Notes: generated by a model from the letters alone, not told the origin. DNA of 64,000 bases from Candidatus Bilamarchaeaceae archaeon (GCA_038870635.1 JAVZJR010000001.1:90133-154132), one strand, 5' to 3'. Positions 27,466-40,394 are shown, numbered from the stretch's first letter. A program made the numbers and translations.

Positions 27466-29001
27466 ATGGCGTATGCATTATTGAGCGTTTATCAGAAAGA
27501 AGGCATTGTAGAATTTGCAAAAGAACTTTCAGAATTAGGTTATACTATAATTTCAAGTGGTGGAACAAGCAAAACACTACAAGAAAGCGGCATAAAAACT
27601 ATAGAAATATCAAAATTTACAGGTTCTCCGGAAATGATGGACGGAAGAGTAAAAACACTTCATCCAAAGATACATGCAGGAATATTAATGGATAGAAGTA
27701 ACAAAAAACACATTGAAGAAGCAAAGAAAAATGGAATAGAACCAATAGATATAGTTGTGGTTAACCTTTACCCTTTTGAGGAAACAGTACTAAAAAAACC
27801 ATCACTCGAAGAAGCAATAGAAAACATCGATATAGGTGGACCAACTCTGTTAAGAGCTGCGGCAAAAAATTATAAAAACGTTATAGTAGTATGCAATCCA
27901 AAATATTATAGAAGAGTAATCGATGAATTAAAAAAAGGAGAATTATCTGAAAAATTGCGAGAGGAGTTAGCAGCAGCGGTGTGGGAGCACGTCGCCCACT
28001 ACGATACAGTAATAGAAAATTACTTCAAAAAAAAATGGCAATTGACAGAAGCTTATCCTGATTATCTCAATTTAACATTTAGAAAAAAATGTGAACTGAG
28101 ATACGGCGAAAATCCGCACCAAACAGGGGCGCTTTATTACGACCCTCATGATGGAAATATATCAATAGCTGATGCAAAACAATATGGCGGAAAAGAGCTT
28201 TCCTATAACAATATATTAGATATGAACTCTGCTTACAGATTGATAAACCAATTTGAAGAACCAACGGCAGTGATAATAAAACATAATAATCCATGCGGTG
28301 TTGCGACAAATACTAGCGTAGTTGAAGCGTATAGGATAGCGCGAGCAGTTGACCCAGAAGCAGCTTTTGGCGGAATTGTTGCAGTAAATCGAAAAGTAAC
28401 AAAAGAACTTGCAAATGAAATAATAACCCGTTTTGTCGAAATAGTTTTGGCGCCAGAATATGATAAAGAAGCGATTGAGATTCTCAACAAAAAACCAAAC
28501 TTGCGTGTAATGGAACTTCCTTTTGTACCAATAAAAAACAAATTTAAGACATATCGATCCGTCCTCGGCGGTCTTCTGGTGCAGGATGCAGATATTGAAC
28601 TATACAATGAACTAAAAGTAGTCACTAAAAGAAAGCCAACGAAAGAAGAGATGGAAGCGATGCTCTACGCTTGGAAGATTGTAAAGTATGTACGCTCTAA
28701 TGCGATAGTGTATGCACGAAAAAATAGGGCAGTAGGAATAGGTGCAGGCCAAATGAAAAGAATAGATGCTGCTAAAATCGGAGCCATGATAGCACAAGAA
28801 TTTGGCGATAATACAAAAGGATGTGCGATGGCGTCGGATGCATTCTTTCCGTTTCGTGATGGAATAGATTACGCGGCCAGTTTAGGTATAACTGCCATAA
28901 TACAACCTGGCGGCTCAATCAAGGACAATGAAGTTATAGAAGCAGCAAACGAGCATAATATAGCTATGGTTTTCACTGGGATGAGGCACTTTAGACATTA
29001 G
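27466..29001 (+). CDS. purH: Bifunctional AICAR transformylase/IMP cyclohydrolase
   Basis: GRVKTLHP, IDIGGPTL.RAAAKN, LRYGENPHQ, KHNNPCG, SDAFFPF, MRHFRH. Confidence 0.97.
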   Translation: MAYALLSVYQKEGIVEFAKELSELGYTIISSGGTSKTLQESGIKTIEISKFTGSPEMMDGRVKTLHPKIHAGILMDRSNKKHIEEAKKNGIEPIDIVVVNLYPFEETVLKKPSLEEAIENIDIGGPTLLRAAAKNYKNVIVVCNPKYYRRVIDELKKGELSEKLREELAAAVWEHVAHYDTVIENYFKKKWQLTEAYPDYLNLTFRKKCELRYGENPHQTGALYYDPHDGNISIADAKQYGGKELSYNNILDMNSAYRLINQFEEPTAVIIKHNNPCGVATNTSVVEAYRIARAVDPEAAFGGIVAVNRKVTKELANEIITRFVEIVLAPEYDKEAIEILNKKPNLRVMELPFVPIKNKFKTYRSVLGGLLVQDADIELYNELKVVTKRKPTKEEMEAMLYAWKIVKYVRSNAIVYARKNRAVGIGAGQMKRIDAAKIGAMIAQEFGDNTKGCAMASDAFFPFRDGIDYAASLGITAIIQPGGSIKDNEVIEAANEHNIAMVFTGMRHFRH

Positions 29002-29504
29002 AGATATCTCTTAAATTTATCTACAATGGCCATACTGAGAACGCCATAACTTTTGTGTAGGCCGTGGGGGGCCGTTTCTTCTATTTTTTTTCTTGTTTCT
29101 TCATCAGATATTTGTATCTCAGCACTTATGTCGTTGAGATTAAAATTTATGTTAAAACCACGATAACCACTTTGCTTTGGTTTTGAGTAGTAATCATCAA
29201 CAGATGGTGATTTACCTTTGTTCTTTAGATTGGATATAATTTTTTTGGCAGTTTCTACGGCCTCCTTAACTTCATTAAACACCAATCGCGTACCAATAAG
29301 GTCGTTGATGTACCCTTTTTCTTCAAGCTTTAATGTTGCGCTTTCAGGTGACTTTATTCGCATTTCGACTTCGCAACTCTCCACACCCAAAAGCACTTTA
29401 AGATTTTCAATTGTCTTTTCTAAATCATTCTTTCGTACTTCAAGTTCTCTCTTAATTTTTTTAAGTGTAAGACCAAAAGATTTTTCAACTGCTTTTTCTC
29501 TCAA
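28998..29504 (-). CDS. RelA/SpoT-family synthetase domain (stand-alone, or 3' part of a frameshifted gene)
   Basis: RIKSPES, DLIGTR, DDYYSKPKQSGYRG, EIQI, terminal H..HK. Confidence 0.8.
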   Translation of the reverse strand: MREKAVEKSFGLTLKKIKRELEVRKNDLEKTIENLKVLLGVESCEVEMRIKSPESATLKLEEKGYINDLIGTRLVFNEVKEAVETAKKIISNLKNKGKSPSVDDYYSKPKQSGYRGFNINFNLNDISAEIQISDEETRKKIEETAPHGLHKSYGVLSMAIVDKFKRYL

Positions 29505-29994
29505 TTTTTTTACCAGTAGGCGGGTCTATGACCTCCGCAATCGCAGCGTAAACATAAAGAGTTTTTTTGGGGTCATCTACAATATTAGCCTCTGCCAGCA
29601 CAATTCGGGATATAAGTGTCGCCACGCTTATCTCGTTTTTAAGAATTTTATCTTCATATATTTTAAGTTCCTCTTTTCTTAATTCTTTTTCTTCAAGTAC
29701 CTCTACAATCCTAACTTCACTCATTATTTTAGAAAGTTTTAAAACATCAATAGTAGTAAGGGAAGGTCCGTTTATGCATTTAATTAAAAGATTGAGTACT
29801 GCATTCTCTTTGCTTTTCGGTACTGCAGTTAGAAGTGTTGCCAAAAATGCAGCATCCTTGTCTTCTCCTTTTGCGAGAGAATAAGCACGTTCTGCTAAAG
29901 GGATTCTCTCATATAGTGTTTTTTTATCACAAACGACTGACAGAATGGAAATGTATGTTTCAAACCCCCCAAGCACTTTGTTTTTGTGTACCAT
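29485..29994 (-). CDS. Helical protein resembling a degenerate RelA/SpoT hydrolase/linker region
   Basis: C-terminal KKTLYVYAAIAEVI resembles ETLxIYAPLAHRL; no HD motif; overlaps the synthetase ORF by 20 nt. Confidence 0.55.
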   Translation of the reverse strand: MVHKNKVLGGFETYISILSVVCDKKTLYERIPLAERAYSLAKGEDKDAAFLATLLTAVPKSKENAVLNLLIKCINGPSLTTIDVLKLSKIMSEVRIVEVLEEKELRKEELKIYEDKILKNEISVATLISRIVLAEANIVDDPKKTLYVYAAIAEVIDPPTGKKIERKSS

Positions 29995-30091
29995 AATGTA
30001 ATATTATGTTAATACATTTTATAAACCTGACTACCACTTAAAAAACCAAAAGAATTTTAATCTAAAATGGCATAAAGAGGCAGGTGGGTTG

Positions 30092-31684
30092 ATGGAAGAA
30101 TTCAGTGAAAAAGAAAAAGAAATACTTCTAAAATTTGTAAGCAATACTGACAGAGATATATTTGTGCTAAAAAATCTGCCAGAAGTGGTAAAAGGAGCTC
30201 TTTTTTCTAGGTATAGTAGAAGCAGTAAAAGTTTGAGACGGCTTTTACTTGATGAATTTATAGAAAACAAAGATCTTGATATAAGACAACTTGCCAGTGA
30301 TACAAAAGATGACATAGTACTCACAAAAAAGGCCGAGGAGTTTTACGACCGTGTCTTGCTTGGTTTTGGTGATGATTCTGTTGCAGAACTCGCAGGAGCA
30401 CACATAGCACTTGAAAATATATCTATCATAGCAACTAAAGTAGTAGAGGACAACCGCATAGGAATTTCTCCACTTGAAAAATCTACTCGCTATGTTTATT
30501 TTGACAAAAAAGTGGATGGAAAATGGTTATACTACCGCGAACCCACACTTATGGAGAATATGCCAGAAGAGTACACAGAAGTTTGCGAAAGATGTTTTGA
30601 AACTTATGCTAGATTAATCTCTAATATATCAAAATATGTAAGTGAGAGACTCGAACGAGGAGAACTAAGTGAAAGAGCATATGAAGCAGTTGTAAGGGCA
30701 AAAACTTGTGATGTATTACGAGGACTTTTGCCTGCCAGTACACTAACAAACGTTGGGCTTTTTGGTAATGGCAGGGCTTTTGAATATCTTATAACAAAAC
30801 TCTACGCGAGTAATTTAGTCGAAATAAGAAATCTGGCGGCGACGATGGAGAATGAACTTAAAACAGTCATACCTTCATTTGTAAAAAGAGCAAGCGAAAA
30901 ACATGGAAAAGAAATGCGCGATTACATAAAAGCAACTACAGAGAGAACCAAAGCACTTGCACCGCATGAGCGTTCAGATGCAGCAGATATTGTAAGGATA
31001 ATTGATTACGAAAAAAATGCCTACCAAAAAGTTATTGCGGCGATTCTTTACCCGTATAGTGAACTATCACTTGAAGAATTAGAGAAAAGAGCAGAAATGC
31101 TGAGCGAAGAAGAGATAAGGAAAATAATCACTACCCATCTTGGAGAGAGAAAAAATAGAAGACACAAAGGAGGGAGAGGATTCGAAAGAATCTATTACAC
31201 ATTTGAAATATGCACTAATTTTGGTGCGTATAGAGATTTGCATAGACATAGAATGCTAACACAGCAAAGGCAACTTCTCACTACGAACTTGGGTTATGAT
31301 ATCCCTCACGAAATAGTAGATGCAGGATACGAAAAAGACTTTAAAGATGTAATGGAGGTTGCAAAAAACAACTATGAATTAATAGCAAATAAGTATAAAG
31401 AAGAAGCGCAATACGTAGTACCTTTAGCCTATCGCATCCGCTGGATGATAACAATGAATCTGCGAGAGGTATACCATCTTTGCGAAATAAGAAGTACACA
31501 ACATGGACACAGAGATTACAGAAAGGTTGCACAAGAAATATACAAAAAAATAAAAGAGACTCACCCATTACTGGCAGAGGGAATGATGGTTGACATGAAT
31601 GAATATGAATTTGAAAGATTGGAAGCAGAGAAAAAAATTGACAAAAAAATAGAGAGCATAAAACAAAAGTATAATAAGGTATAA
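30092..31684 (+). CDS. thyX: FAD-dependent thymidylate synthase, tandem-domain form
   Basis: GALFSRYSR, GDDSVAEL, EKSTRY, D.LRGLLP, RDLHRHR, GH.DYR. Confidence 0.9.
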   Translation: MEEFSEKEKEILLKFVSNTDRDIFVLKNLPEVVKGALFSRYSRSSKSLRRLLLDEFIENKDLDIRQLASDTKDDIVLTKKAEEFYDRVLLGFGDDSVAELAGAHIALENISIIATKVVEDNRIGISPLEKSTRYVYFDKKVDGKWLYYREPTLMENMPEEYTEVCERCFETYARLISNISKYVSERLERGELSERAYEAVVRAKTCDVLRGLLPASTLTNVGLFGNGRAFEYLITKLYASNLVEIRNLAATMENELKTVIPSFVKRASEKHGKEMRDYIKATTERTKALAPHERSDAADIVRIIDYEKNAYQKVIAAILYPYSELSLEELEKRAEMLSEEEIRKIITTHLGERKNRRHKGGRGFERIYYTFEICTNFGAYRDLHRHRMLTQQRQLLTTNLGYDIPHEIVDAGYEKDFKDVMEVAKNNYELIANKYKEEAQYVVPLAYRIRWMITMNLREVYHLCEIRSTQHGHRDYRKVAQEIYKKIKETHPLLAEGMMVDMNEYEFERLEAEKKIDKKIESIKQKYNKV

Positions 31685-31686
31685 AA

Positions 31687-32607
31687 ATGAAAAATAAAAA
31701 AATTTTCTTAATTGGCGCAAACGGAAGGTTAGGAAAAAAAATTTGCCAAAAATTATACGAAGAAGGTTTATCTTTTATTCCAATAGTTCGTAAACAAAGT
31801 GGACTAAAAAATGAGATAGTTTGCAACTTTAGCATAGAAGAACTTAGAGAAATACTCAAAAAAGCAGATGTAATAATAAACACGGCAGGCTCAACAAAAA
31901 CATATGATAAAAGGGAAATGGAAAGAGGAAATGTTGAGCTTGTAAAAAATATTGTAGAAGCTGCACCAAAAAATGCAAAGATAATACATGCTAGTTCAAT
32001 ATCTGTTTATGGAAAAATGTTAGCAAAAAAACCTGCTGATGAACAAACCCCGATAAGACCAGATAGTGAATATGCAAAAACAAAATATGAAGCAGAAAAA
32101 ATATTATCTCAAAATAAAAATGTAGTGGTATTAAGAATAGGCACAATATACGATGAAAGTGATGATTACGTATACATAGTAAAAAAAATAAAAGAAGGAA
32201 AGATGTATATTATAGGAAATGGAAACAATCGTATACCATTTGTACACATCGATGACGTTGCTTCTGCTTTTTTGGCGGCCCTCAAAGCACCACCAGGGGT
32301 TTACAACATAGTCGGTGACCCAATAACACAAAAAGAAGCCTATCAAATAGTTTCAAATGTTTTGGGTGTAAAACCACCTCAAAAACACATACCATTTTGG
32401 CTCGCTAATTTATACGCCTTCATCGAAGAAAAAGTATCAAGTATATGGGGGAAAAAACCAAAAATAACAAGAGAGCATGTAGCCATTCTTTTTTTTGATA
32501 GAGTATTTGACTGCAGCCTAGCAAAAGAAGTACTTGGTTTTAATCCACAAAAAAACGCAGATGGAATAAAAAAAGTTACTGAAACAATATTACAAAAAAA
32601 TTTGTAG
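31687..32607 (+). CDS. NAD(P)-dependent epimerase/dehydratase (extended SDR)
   Basis: GANGRLG, SSISVYG, YAKTK, FVHIDDVA. Confidence 0.9.
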   Translation: MKNKKIFLIGANGRLGKKICQKLYEEGLSFIPIVRKQSGLKNEIVCNFSIEELREILKKADVIINTAGSTKTYDKREMERGNVELVKNIVEAAPKNAKIIHASSISVYGKMLAKKPADEQTPIRPDSEYAKTKYEAEKILSQNKNVVVLRIGTIYDESDDYVYIVKKIKEGKMYIIGNGNNRIPFVHIDDVASAFLAALKAPPGVYNIVGDPITQKEAYQIVSNVLGVKPPQKHIPFWLANLYAFIEEKVSSIWGKKPKITREHVAILFFDRVFDCSLAKEVLGFNPQKNADGIKKVTETILQKNL

Positions 32608-32619
32608 ATACAAATAAAT

Positions 32620-34820
<2,201 letters not shown>

Positions 34821-34844
<24 letters not shown>

Positions 34845-35210
34845 ACGAAATGCTTTTCTTGGTTTATCCACCCAAAGAGCAATAATACCTTTTTCACCAT
34901 TACCCGCTATTAATCTCATATTTTTTATGAGAATCTTTTGCTCTGCTAAAACATTCTTTATATTCTCCATTTTACGAAGATAATCAGGAACTCTTAAAAC
35001 CATCGTGTTTTTTTCAACAATTTCAAAACCATTTTTAGCAAGTGCTTCTTTTGCATTGTTAGCATCACGAACAAGTATAGATATTGCTGTCTTTCCACCT
35101 GCTGCCTCAATACTCATATTCTCTACTCTTACACCTTCCTTCCCAAGGATATAAAATAGCTCTGTCAAAAGATTTGGTCTTTCATCTGCTAGTACAACTA
35201 CTGATTGCAT
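34821..35210 (-). CDS. Tandem ACT-domain protein
   Basis: DERPNLL..L..IL...GV.VE ACT pattern, with a weaker second copy. Confidence 0.7.
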
Positions 35211-35220
35211 CTGAACCCCT

Positions 35221-35553
35221 TCATAAATACTTTCTTATATCTTCAGATATAGAATCAAGAATTTGGAATGTTCTATAACCTTCAGGGGTACCTAAAGCAG
35301 CTGATTTTATCTTAGCTTGATTTATTAAGCGGACTAAATCTATCTTTTCATTTGGCTCAAGCGCAACACCAGAAACAATGAAATCTCTTAATTTTATTAT
35401 TGCTTCTACGACTGCCTCTTGCTTTTGACTGAACTCGTTATAATTAAGCAAACTAACGGTTTCAAGTTGATTTCGCGCCTTTACAAAATCATCCTTAATC
35501 ATATTGATATTGAGTTTTTCTTTTGATGTAAACATACTCAACAAACAAACCAT
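35221..35553 (-). CDS. Hypothetical helical protein
   Basis: 110-aa ORF with GGGGTGG SD, co-oriented with the ACT gene. Confidence 0.6.
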   Translation of the reverse strand: MVCLLSMFTSKEKLNINMIKDDFVKARNQLETVSLLNYNEFSQKQEAVVEAIIKLRDFIVSGVALEPNEKIDLVRLINQAKIKSAALGTPEGYRTFQILDSISEDIRKYL

Positions 35554-35825
35554 ACAACCACCCCATTTTTATTTTATGTATTGTGAAGTATTTATATATT
35601 TTGTAAAAAAATATGTGAAAAAATTAAATAAAAAAGCCTATTTATTGTGTTTTTTATAAAAAATTAAGCTAAAAAAACATAAAAAAATAATAATAACAAC
35701 GCTTAAAACACCATTTCAGAAGAGAAATTAAAAATGTGAAAAAACACTAAGAGAACTAATTAAAAATGTTTTTGAAGAAATACAGTCGCTGATATATAAA
35801 AATTATTAAAACAAGGGTCAATTTT

Positions 35826-36920
35826 ATGAACTTCCCAAATATATATAATATAAAAGGTTATAGAATTTTAGCAATCCCACCTTTGATTTTGCTTCTAGTT
35901 GCTATTCTATACATACCACATATAAAACTGGGTGTAGAATTCAATGGCGGCACTCTTCTCTCTCTTGATTTAGAGGAAAAAATGGTTGACACTTCTGTAT
36001 TAAAGAACACGCTTATTGCTAATGGTCTACAAGGAAACGTAAAGATGTATGACACACCCGTCGGACAAAGAGTAGAAATAGAATTGCCACAAAGTGATAC
36101 TTTAATAAAAGCAGAAAAACTCCGAGCGGAATTTGATAAAAATTTAGCAAGCGCAAGCACTCTCGAAGTTGAAGCAGAACAAAATAGCACAAAAAAAGCA
36201 GAATATGAAAAAAAATACTCTGAATGCGAAGAAATAGTCAAAGATATGTATTCGCTTGCTGGTATGGAGTACCAGCCTTCAGAAAAAAAGAGCGTCAATG
36301 AATTAGATAAAAAAATATCCTTAGCATATAAAGAAATATACTCTAATTATGAAAAGTCAATCGTAGGCCCAATAAATAAAGTAGTTAAGTACAAAAGCAT
36401 GTCGATAAAAACAATTAGCCCAATTTTAAGCGCAAGTTTCATAGATACTGCGATAAAAGTAGCGCTAGTGGCCGCGGTACTTTCCTCAGTATTTATATTC
36501 GCTTATTTTAGGGCAGTAGTGCCCAGCATTGCGGTGTTAGTTGGCGCGACCTGTGATATAGTTATAGCATTAGGTGCAATGGGGTTCTTTGGCATACCAT
36601 TAACATTAGCATCATTTGCTGCATTATTAATGCTTGTAGGTTTCTCCCTTGACACAGATATTCTTTTGACTATGAGAATGTTAAAACAAAAAGGAAGTCC
36701 ACGAGAACACGCCTATGATGCTATGAAAACAGGACTCACAATGAGTACAATGGCACTTGTTTCTTTTGGCATTCTTTTCATATTGGCTAATATAACACAC
36801 ATAAGCACTTATTATGAAATCGCAGGTGTTGCTTTGGCAGGTTTGGTAGGAGACATGTTTGCTACGTGGGGCATAAATGCAGTAATGCTTCTTTATTACT
36901 TAGAACAAAGGAGGGGATAG
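35826..36920 (+). CDS. secF: Protein translocase subunit SecF
   Basis: LGVEFNGGT, GFSLDTDILLT, six TM helices. Confidence 0.9.
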   Translation: MNFPNIYNIKGYRILAIPPLILLLVAILYIPHIKLGVEFNGGTLLSLDLEEKMVDTSVLKNTLIANGLQGNVKMYDTPVGQRVEIELPQSDTLIKAEKLRAEFDKNLASASTLEVEAEQNSTKKAEYEKKYSECEEIVKDMYSLAGMEYQPSEKKSVNELDKKISLAYKEIYSNYEKSIVGPINKVVKYKSMSIKTISPILSASFIDTAIKVALVAAVLSSVFIFAYFRAVVPSIAVLVGATCDIVIALGAMGFFGIPLTLASFAALLMLVGFSLDTDILLTMRMLKQKGSPREHAYDAMKTGLTMSTMALVSFGILFILANITHISTYYEIAGVALAGLVGDMFATWGINAVMLLYYLEQRRG

Positions 36921-36923
36921 ACT

Positions 36924-38651
36924 ATGGATAGTAAATTTTTGATCTTACTAGTACTTTTCCTTATAGTTGGAGCCAGTATAATAAATTGGGGGACTTATGC
37001 TGGCATAATTCTAATATTTGCCATAATTGTTTTTGGCGGTCTGTCCCTATTCTGGAAGGAAAAAAACATAAAAATAGCAGGTTTGGTTTTTATACTTTTA
37101 CTATCGCTTGTGAACATAGGTGTGAATGGGCTCAAATTTGGTATTGACTTTAAAGGTGGAACAAGGATTCCAGTAATTTTAGAAAGGTCAGTTGACGATC
37201 AAACGATGACAAAGATGGTATCTATAATAAAAGAGAGAGCCGGTGCTTTTGGGCTATCTGAAGTAAAAGTAAGGGCAGTAGGAAACAACCAAATAGATGT
37301 AGAAATACCCAGCAGCGACGAACAGAGAATAAAAACTATAGAAGATGTTCTATCTCACAAAGGCGTATACTGGGGCGTTATAGATGGAAGAATAGCGATA
37401 AGCGGTGACCACATATTCTCTAAATCCATCGGTGCCATGGATCAACAATCCTTATTAAGAAGCGGCGCGGATTGGGGAATAAGTTTTATGGTTGACCGCG
37501 AAGGCGCAGAGATGTTTGCAAGAGCAGCAAAAGGCAAAGGAGATTATCCTGTTTATATGTTTTTAGATAGACCAAATGACGCAGATATATTTTACACTAG
37601 AGCGGAAATACGCGCAGTGATGCTTGGCGACAGCGGAGAAAAAGAAACTATTACTTCTTTAAAGAATGCTCTAAAATTAAATGATGGTAGCACTATTGGA
37701 GTATATATACTTGACGATGTTCTAAATTCTACCAACATTACAATTGGGCCTCGAACTAACAATACGATTGCCATTGTGAGTAAGAATGCATCGGTGGAAT
37801 ATAAACAAAAACTTGAAGAATTAGGTTATAAGGTGAAAGAAACAGAATGGGAAACAATGAAACCTGATTTCATAAGAACAACAACAGGGGTTCTTGTTGT
37901 AGAAAAACTCGAAGCAGTTGGGCTTTTATCTGCTCCAATATTAAATCCTGATCTTGGTGCAGGCACACCTGCTTACAACTTTGCCATAACAGGAAGTCTC
38001 GGAAACGTAACAGGTGCTCAAAAAGCTCTTTTAGCAAGAGAAAAAATGCAGTACATGGAATCGATATTAAAGGGTGGTTCCCTCCCAGTAGGAATATCAT
38101 TAGGTTCACGCACTACTGTCCCACCAACGTTGGGTGAACAATTCTTAAACCTCAGTATGATAAGTATTGCTATATCGCTCATAGTAATATCTTTATTAAT
38201 AGGTTTGCGTTATAGAAATATAAAAGCGACTCTCCCAATAGTAGCAATTAGCCTTACTGAATTTGCAATATTAATATCAGTGCTGGGTTCTTTCACAATA
38301 GATTTGGCTGCGATAGCAGGTATTCTCGCCGCAATCGGCGTAGGTGTAGATGCCCAAATAGTTATAACAGACGAACTGCTCAAGAAAGATAAAAGAGAAA
38401 CAGAAGAGAAAATAGGCTATGCCTTTGAAATAATAAAAACAAACGTCATCGTAGCATCATTGTCAATGCTACCACTTTTATTCTCAAAAATAATATCTGG
38501 CGTAATTGTTGTCGAGATTATTGGATTTGCAATATCGACAATACTCGGCGCACTACTTGGTTATCTTCTTTCAAGACCTGCCTACGCTGTAATAGTGGAA
38601 TACATAATAGAAAGGAATGAGAAGGAAGAAAATAAAAGTTCAGCTAAATAA
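36924..38651 (+). CDS. secD: Protein translocase subunit SecD
   Basis: GIDFKGGT, L.GGSLPV, VPPTLG, IG.GVDAQIVITDE. Confidence 0.92.
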   Translation: MDSKFLILLVLFLIVGASIINWGTYAGIILIFAIIVFGGLSLFWKEKNIKIAGLVFILLLSLVNIGVNGLKFGIDFKGGTRIPVILERSVDDQTMTKMVSIIKERAGAFGLSEVKVRAVGNNQIDVEIPSSDEQRIKTIEDVLSHKGVYWGVIDGRIAISGDHIFSKSIGAMDQQSLLRSGADWGISFMVDREGAEMFARAAKGKGDYPVYMFLDRPNDADIFYTRAEIRAVMLGDSGEKETITSLKNALKLNDGSTIGVYILDDVLNSTNITIGPRTNNTIAIVSKNASVEYKQKLEELGYKVKETEWETMKPDFIRTTTGVLVVEKLEAVGLLSAPILNPDLGAGTPAYNFAITGSLGNVTGAQKALLAREKMQYMESILKGGSLPVGISLGSRTTVPPTLGEQFLNLSMISIAISLIVISLLIGLRYRNIKATLPIVAISLTEFAILISVLGSFTIDLAAIAGILAAIGVGVDAQIVITDELLKKDKRETEEKIGYAFEIIKTNVIVASLSMLPLLFSKIISGVIVVEIIGFAISTILGALLGYLLSRPAYAVIVEYIIERNEKEENKSSAK

Positions 38652-38655
38652 AAAA

Positions 38656-39387
38656 TTAACCATACATACTTCCACCAGCGCTCTCTTCTACAGTGGCACC
38701 GCGCTTTGATACTTTTGACTTTATAAGTGCTTCCTTTGTTCCTTTTGCTTCTTTATCTAAACGAGCGGTGCTTATTTCGACGTTTAAGATTTTTGCCAAA
38801 GCTTTTAGAACGCGCGATGCTGCATCAGCATCAAGATATTCGTCAGAGGATTCAGCAAGGAGAGTGATAATTGGAAATTTTTCAAGAGCGCCTTTAGTCA
38901 ATAACAAACCAGTTACTCCTGTTGTTGCACCCTCTCTAATCGGTTTAGCAATGCGTTTCTCAGTTATATCTTTTGTCATCTCTTTATTGCTCGCGATAAC
39001 ATAAACTTCGGTTTTACCTTCTTTTAATGAAATGCCACCGATACTTATTATTTTATTGCATTTTAAAGATTTGGCAAAATCGAATATAGCATCAGCAAGG
39101 GGCGCAGCTAAAACAACAGGGACGGACATTTCAGAAAGAACAAGAATAAGATTATACTTCTCAGAATAGTGAATGCGGGCCGCAGGCATAGGTGTATAAT
39201 CATGAATGGCTGCAAGTGGCGCAAATTCTTCGCTCTCTATATAACCGCCAAAATCAAGTTTGAGCACGTCTATTAAATGAGAAGCAGCGACACTTCCTAC
39301 AAGGCCAGTGCCTGGAAAACCTACAATTACAGTAGGGTTCTTAAGATTACTAAAGTTTGCCATTTTCTTAATCTCTACGATTGCCAT
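38656..39387 (-). CDS. PAC2-family proteasome assembly chaperone/activator
   Basis: GFPGTGLVGSVAA.HL, G.TG.LL, C-terminal HbYX motif (MYG). Confidence 0.9.
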   Translation of the reverse strand: MAIVEIKKMANFSNLKNPTVIVGFPGTGLVGSVAASHLIDVLKLDFGGYIESEEFAPLAAIHDYTPMPAARIHYSEKYNLILVLSEMSVPVVLAAPLADAIFDFAKSLKCNKIISIGGISLKEGKTEVYVIASNKEMTKDITEKRIAKPIREGATTGVTGLLLTKGALEKFPIITLLAESSDEYLDADAASRVLKALAKILNVEISTARLDKEAKGTKEALIKSKVSKRGATVEESAGGSMYG

Positions 39388-39479
39388 AAGATAATTCCTT
39401 CACTTGCATTTAAAACATTTTTGTTTTTTGTTAAAAGTAAATATTTAATATTTAACTTGGTAAATTGAGAGGCGAGGAA

Positions 39480-40394
39480 ATGAAACTAATTGAAAAGAAT
39501 AACAAATATAGAATTTATGAGGTAAAAAAGAAAGGCTTACCAAAAAACACCTATATTGTATGTTCAAATGATACACGTTCGATACTATATAATCCACAAA
39601 TTGCAGGAAAAAAATTACACGACAGGATGGAGAGGGTAAGCAAAATATTTATTGACTTAATAAGAAAAAAAGCATTAGACAAAAACGATAAAGAAAATGT
39701 TGTTGAATTTGTGCTTTTGAGCGGTGGGTTATATTATAGGTTAGCTGACAGTTTTAGAAAGTTGTGTGGTTATGCACTACCTCAATGCTTTCTTGGAATA
39801 AAAAGACAGAGAGTAGAGGGAACTGAGGGCTCATTTCAGGCAGTTTCAACATATGAGAATTTTGAAGCATTGCCTAAAAAGGCGGTGGTCATTGTAGGGG
39901 ATACGATAGCAACAGGAGCGACTATGATTAGGGCGCTACACGATCTTGAAAGAGCTGCAGAAGAAAACAAAGGAAAAATAAAAAAACTCATAGTGTGCTC
40001 GCTTGCCTGTTCAACAGATGGTGCAAGAAAACTAAAAGATGTTGAAGAAAAATTCAGGAAAAAAAATAAAGAGTTTAAGCTATACTTAATAGTTGCAGAG
40101 CAGTTATACCACCTTATGCCAGATGGCACTGATCTTCGATTTCTTTGGCCAGATAGTATAATGCCGGATGAAACAAAAGAGTATACACTAAAAAGATATG
40201 GCAAGAAACTTGGAAAAGAAATGAAATGTGCTGTTTTTGATTGGGGTACACGTTGCAAAAATCCAAAAAAGCATTATGAAGAATTTTTAGAATTTGCAGA
40301 GTTTGCATTAAAAAATTTAGATTTAGACAGCAAAGGCAAAAATGAAATAAAAAGAATGGTAGATGAAGTAAAAAAAGAAATTAAAAACTATTAG
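39480..40394 (+). CDS. Type I phosphoribosyltransferase-fold protein (divergent, possibly uracil PRT)
   Basis: PRPP-binding loop VIVGDTIATGAT; LSGG; late FDWG.R resembling the UPRT GDxGDR motif. Confidence 0.6.
   Translation: MKLIEKNNKYRIYEVKKKGLPKNTYIVCSNDTRSILYNPQIAGKKLHDRMERVSKIFIDLIRKKALDKNDKENVVEFVLLSGGLYYRLADSFRKLCGYALPQCFLGIKRQRVEGTEGSFQAVSTYENFEALPKKAVVIVGDTIATGATMIRALHDLERAAEENKGKIKKLIVCSLACSTDGARKLKDVEEKFRKKNKEFKLYLIVAEQLYHLMPDGTDLRFLWPDSIMPDETKEYTLKRYGKKLGKEMKCAVFDWGTRCKNPKKHYEEFLEFAEFALKNLDLDSKGKNEIKRMVDEVKKEIKNY

Noticed and set aside
35554..35825. Long AT-rich intergenic region as a replication origin or ncRNA
   Set aside because: No ORB-like G-string repeats, no cdc6/orc1 nearby and no GC-rich stems; divergent promoters explain it
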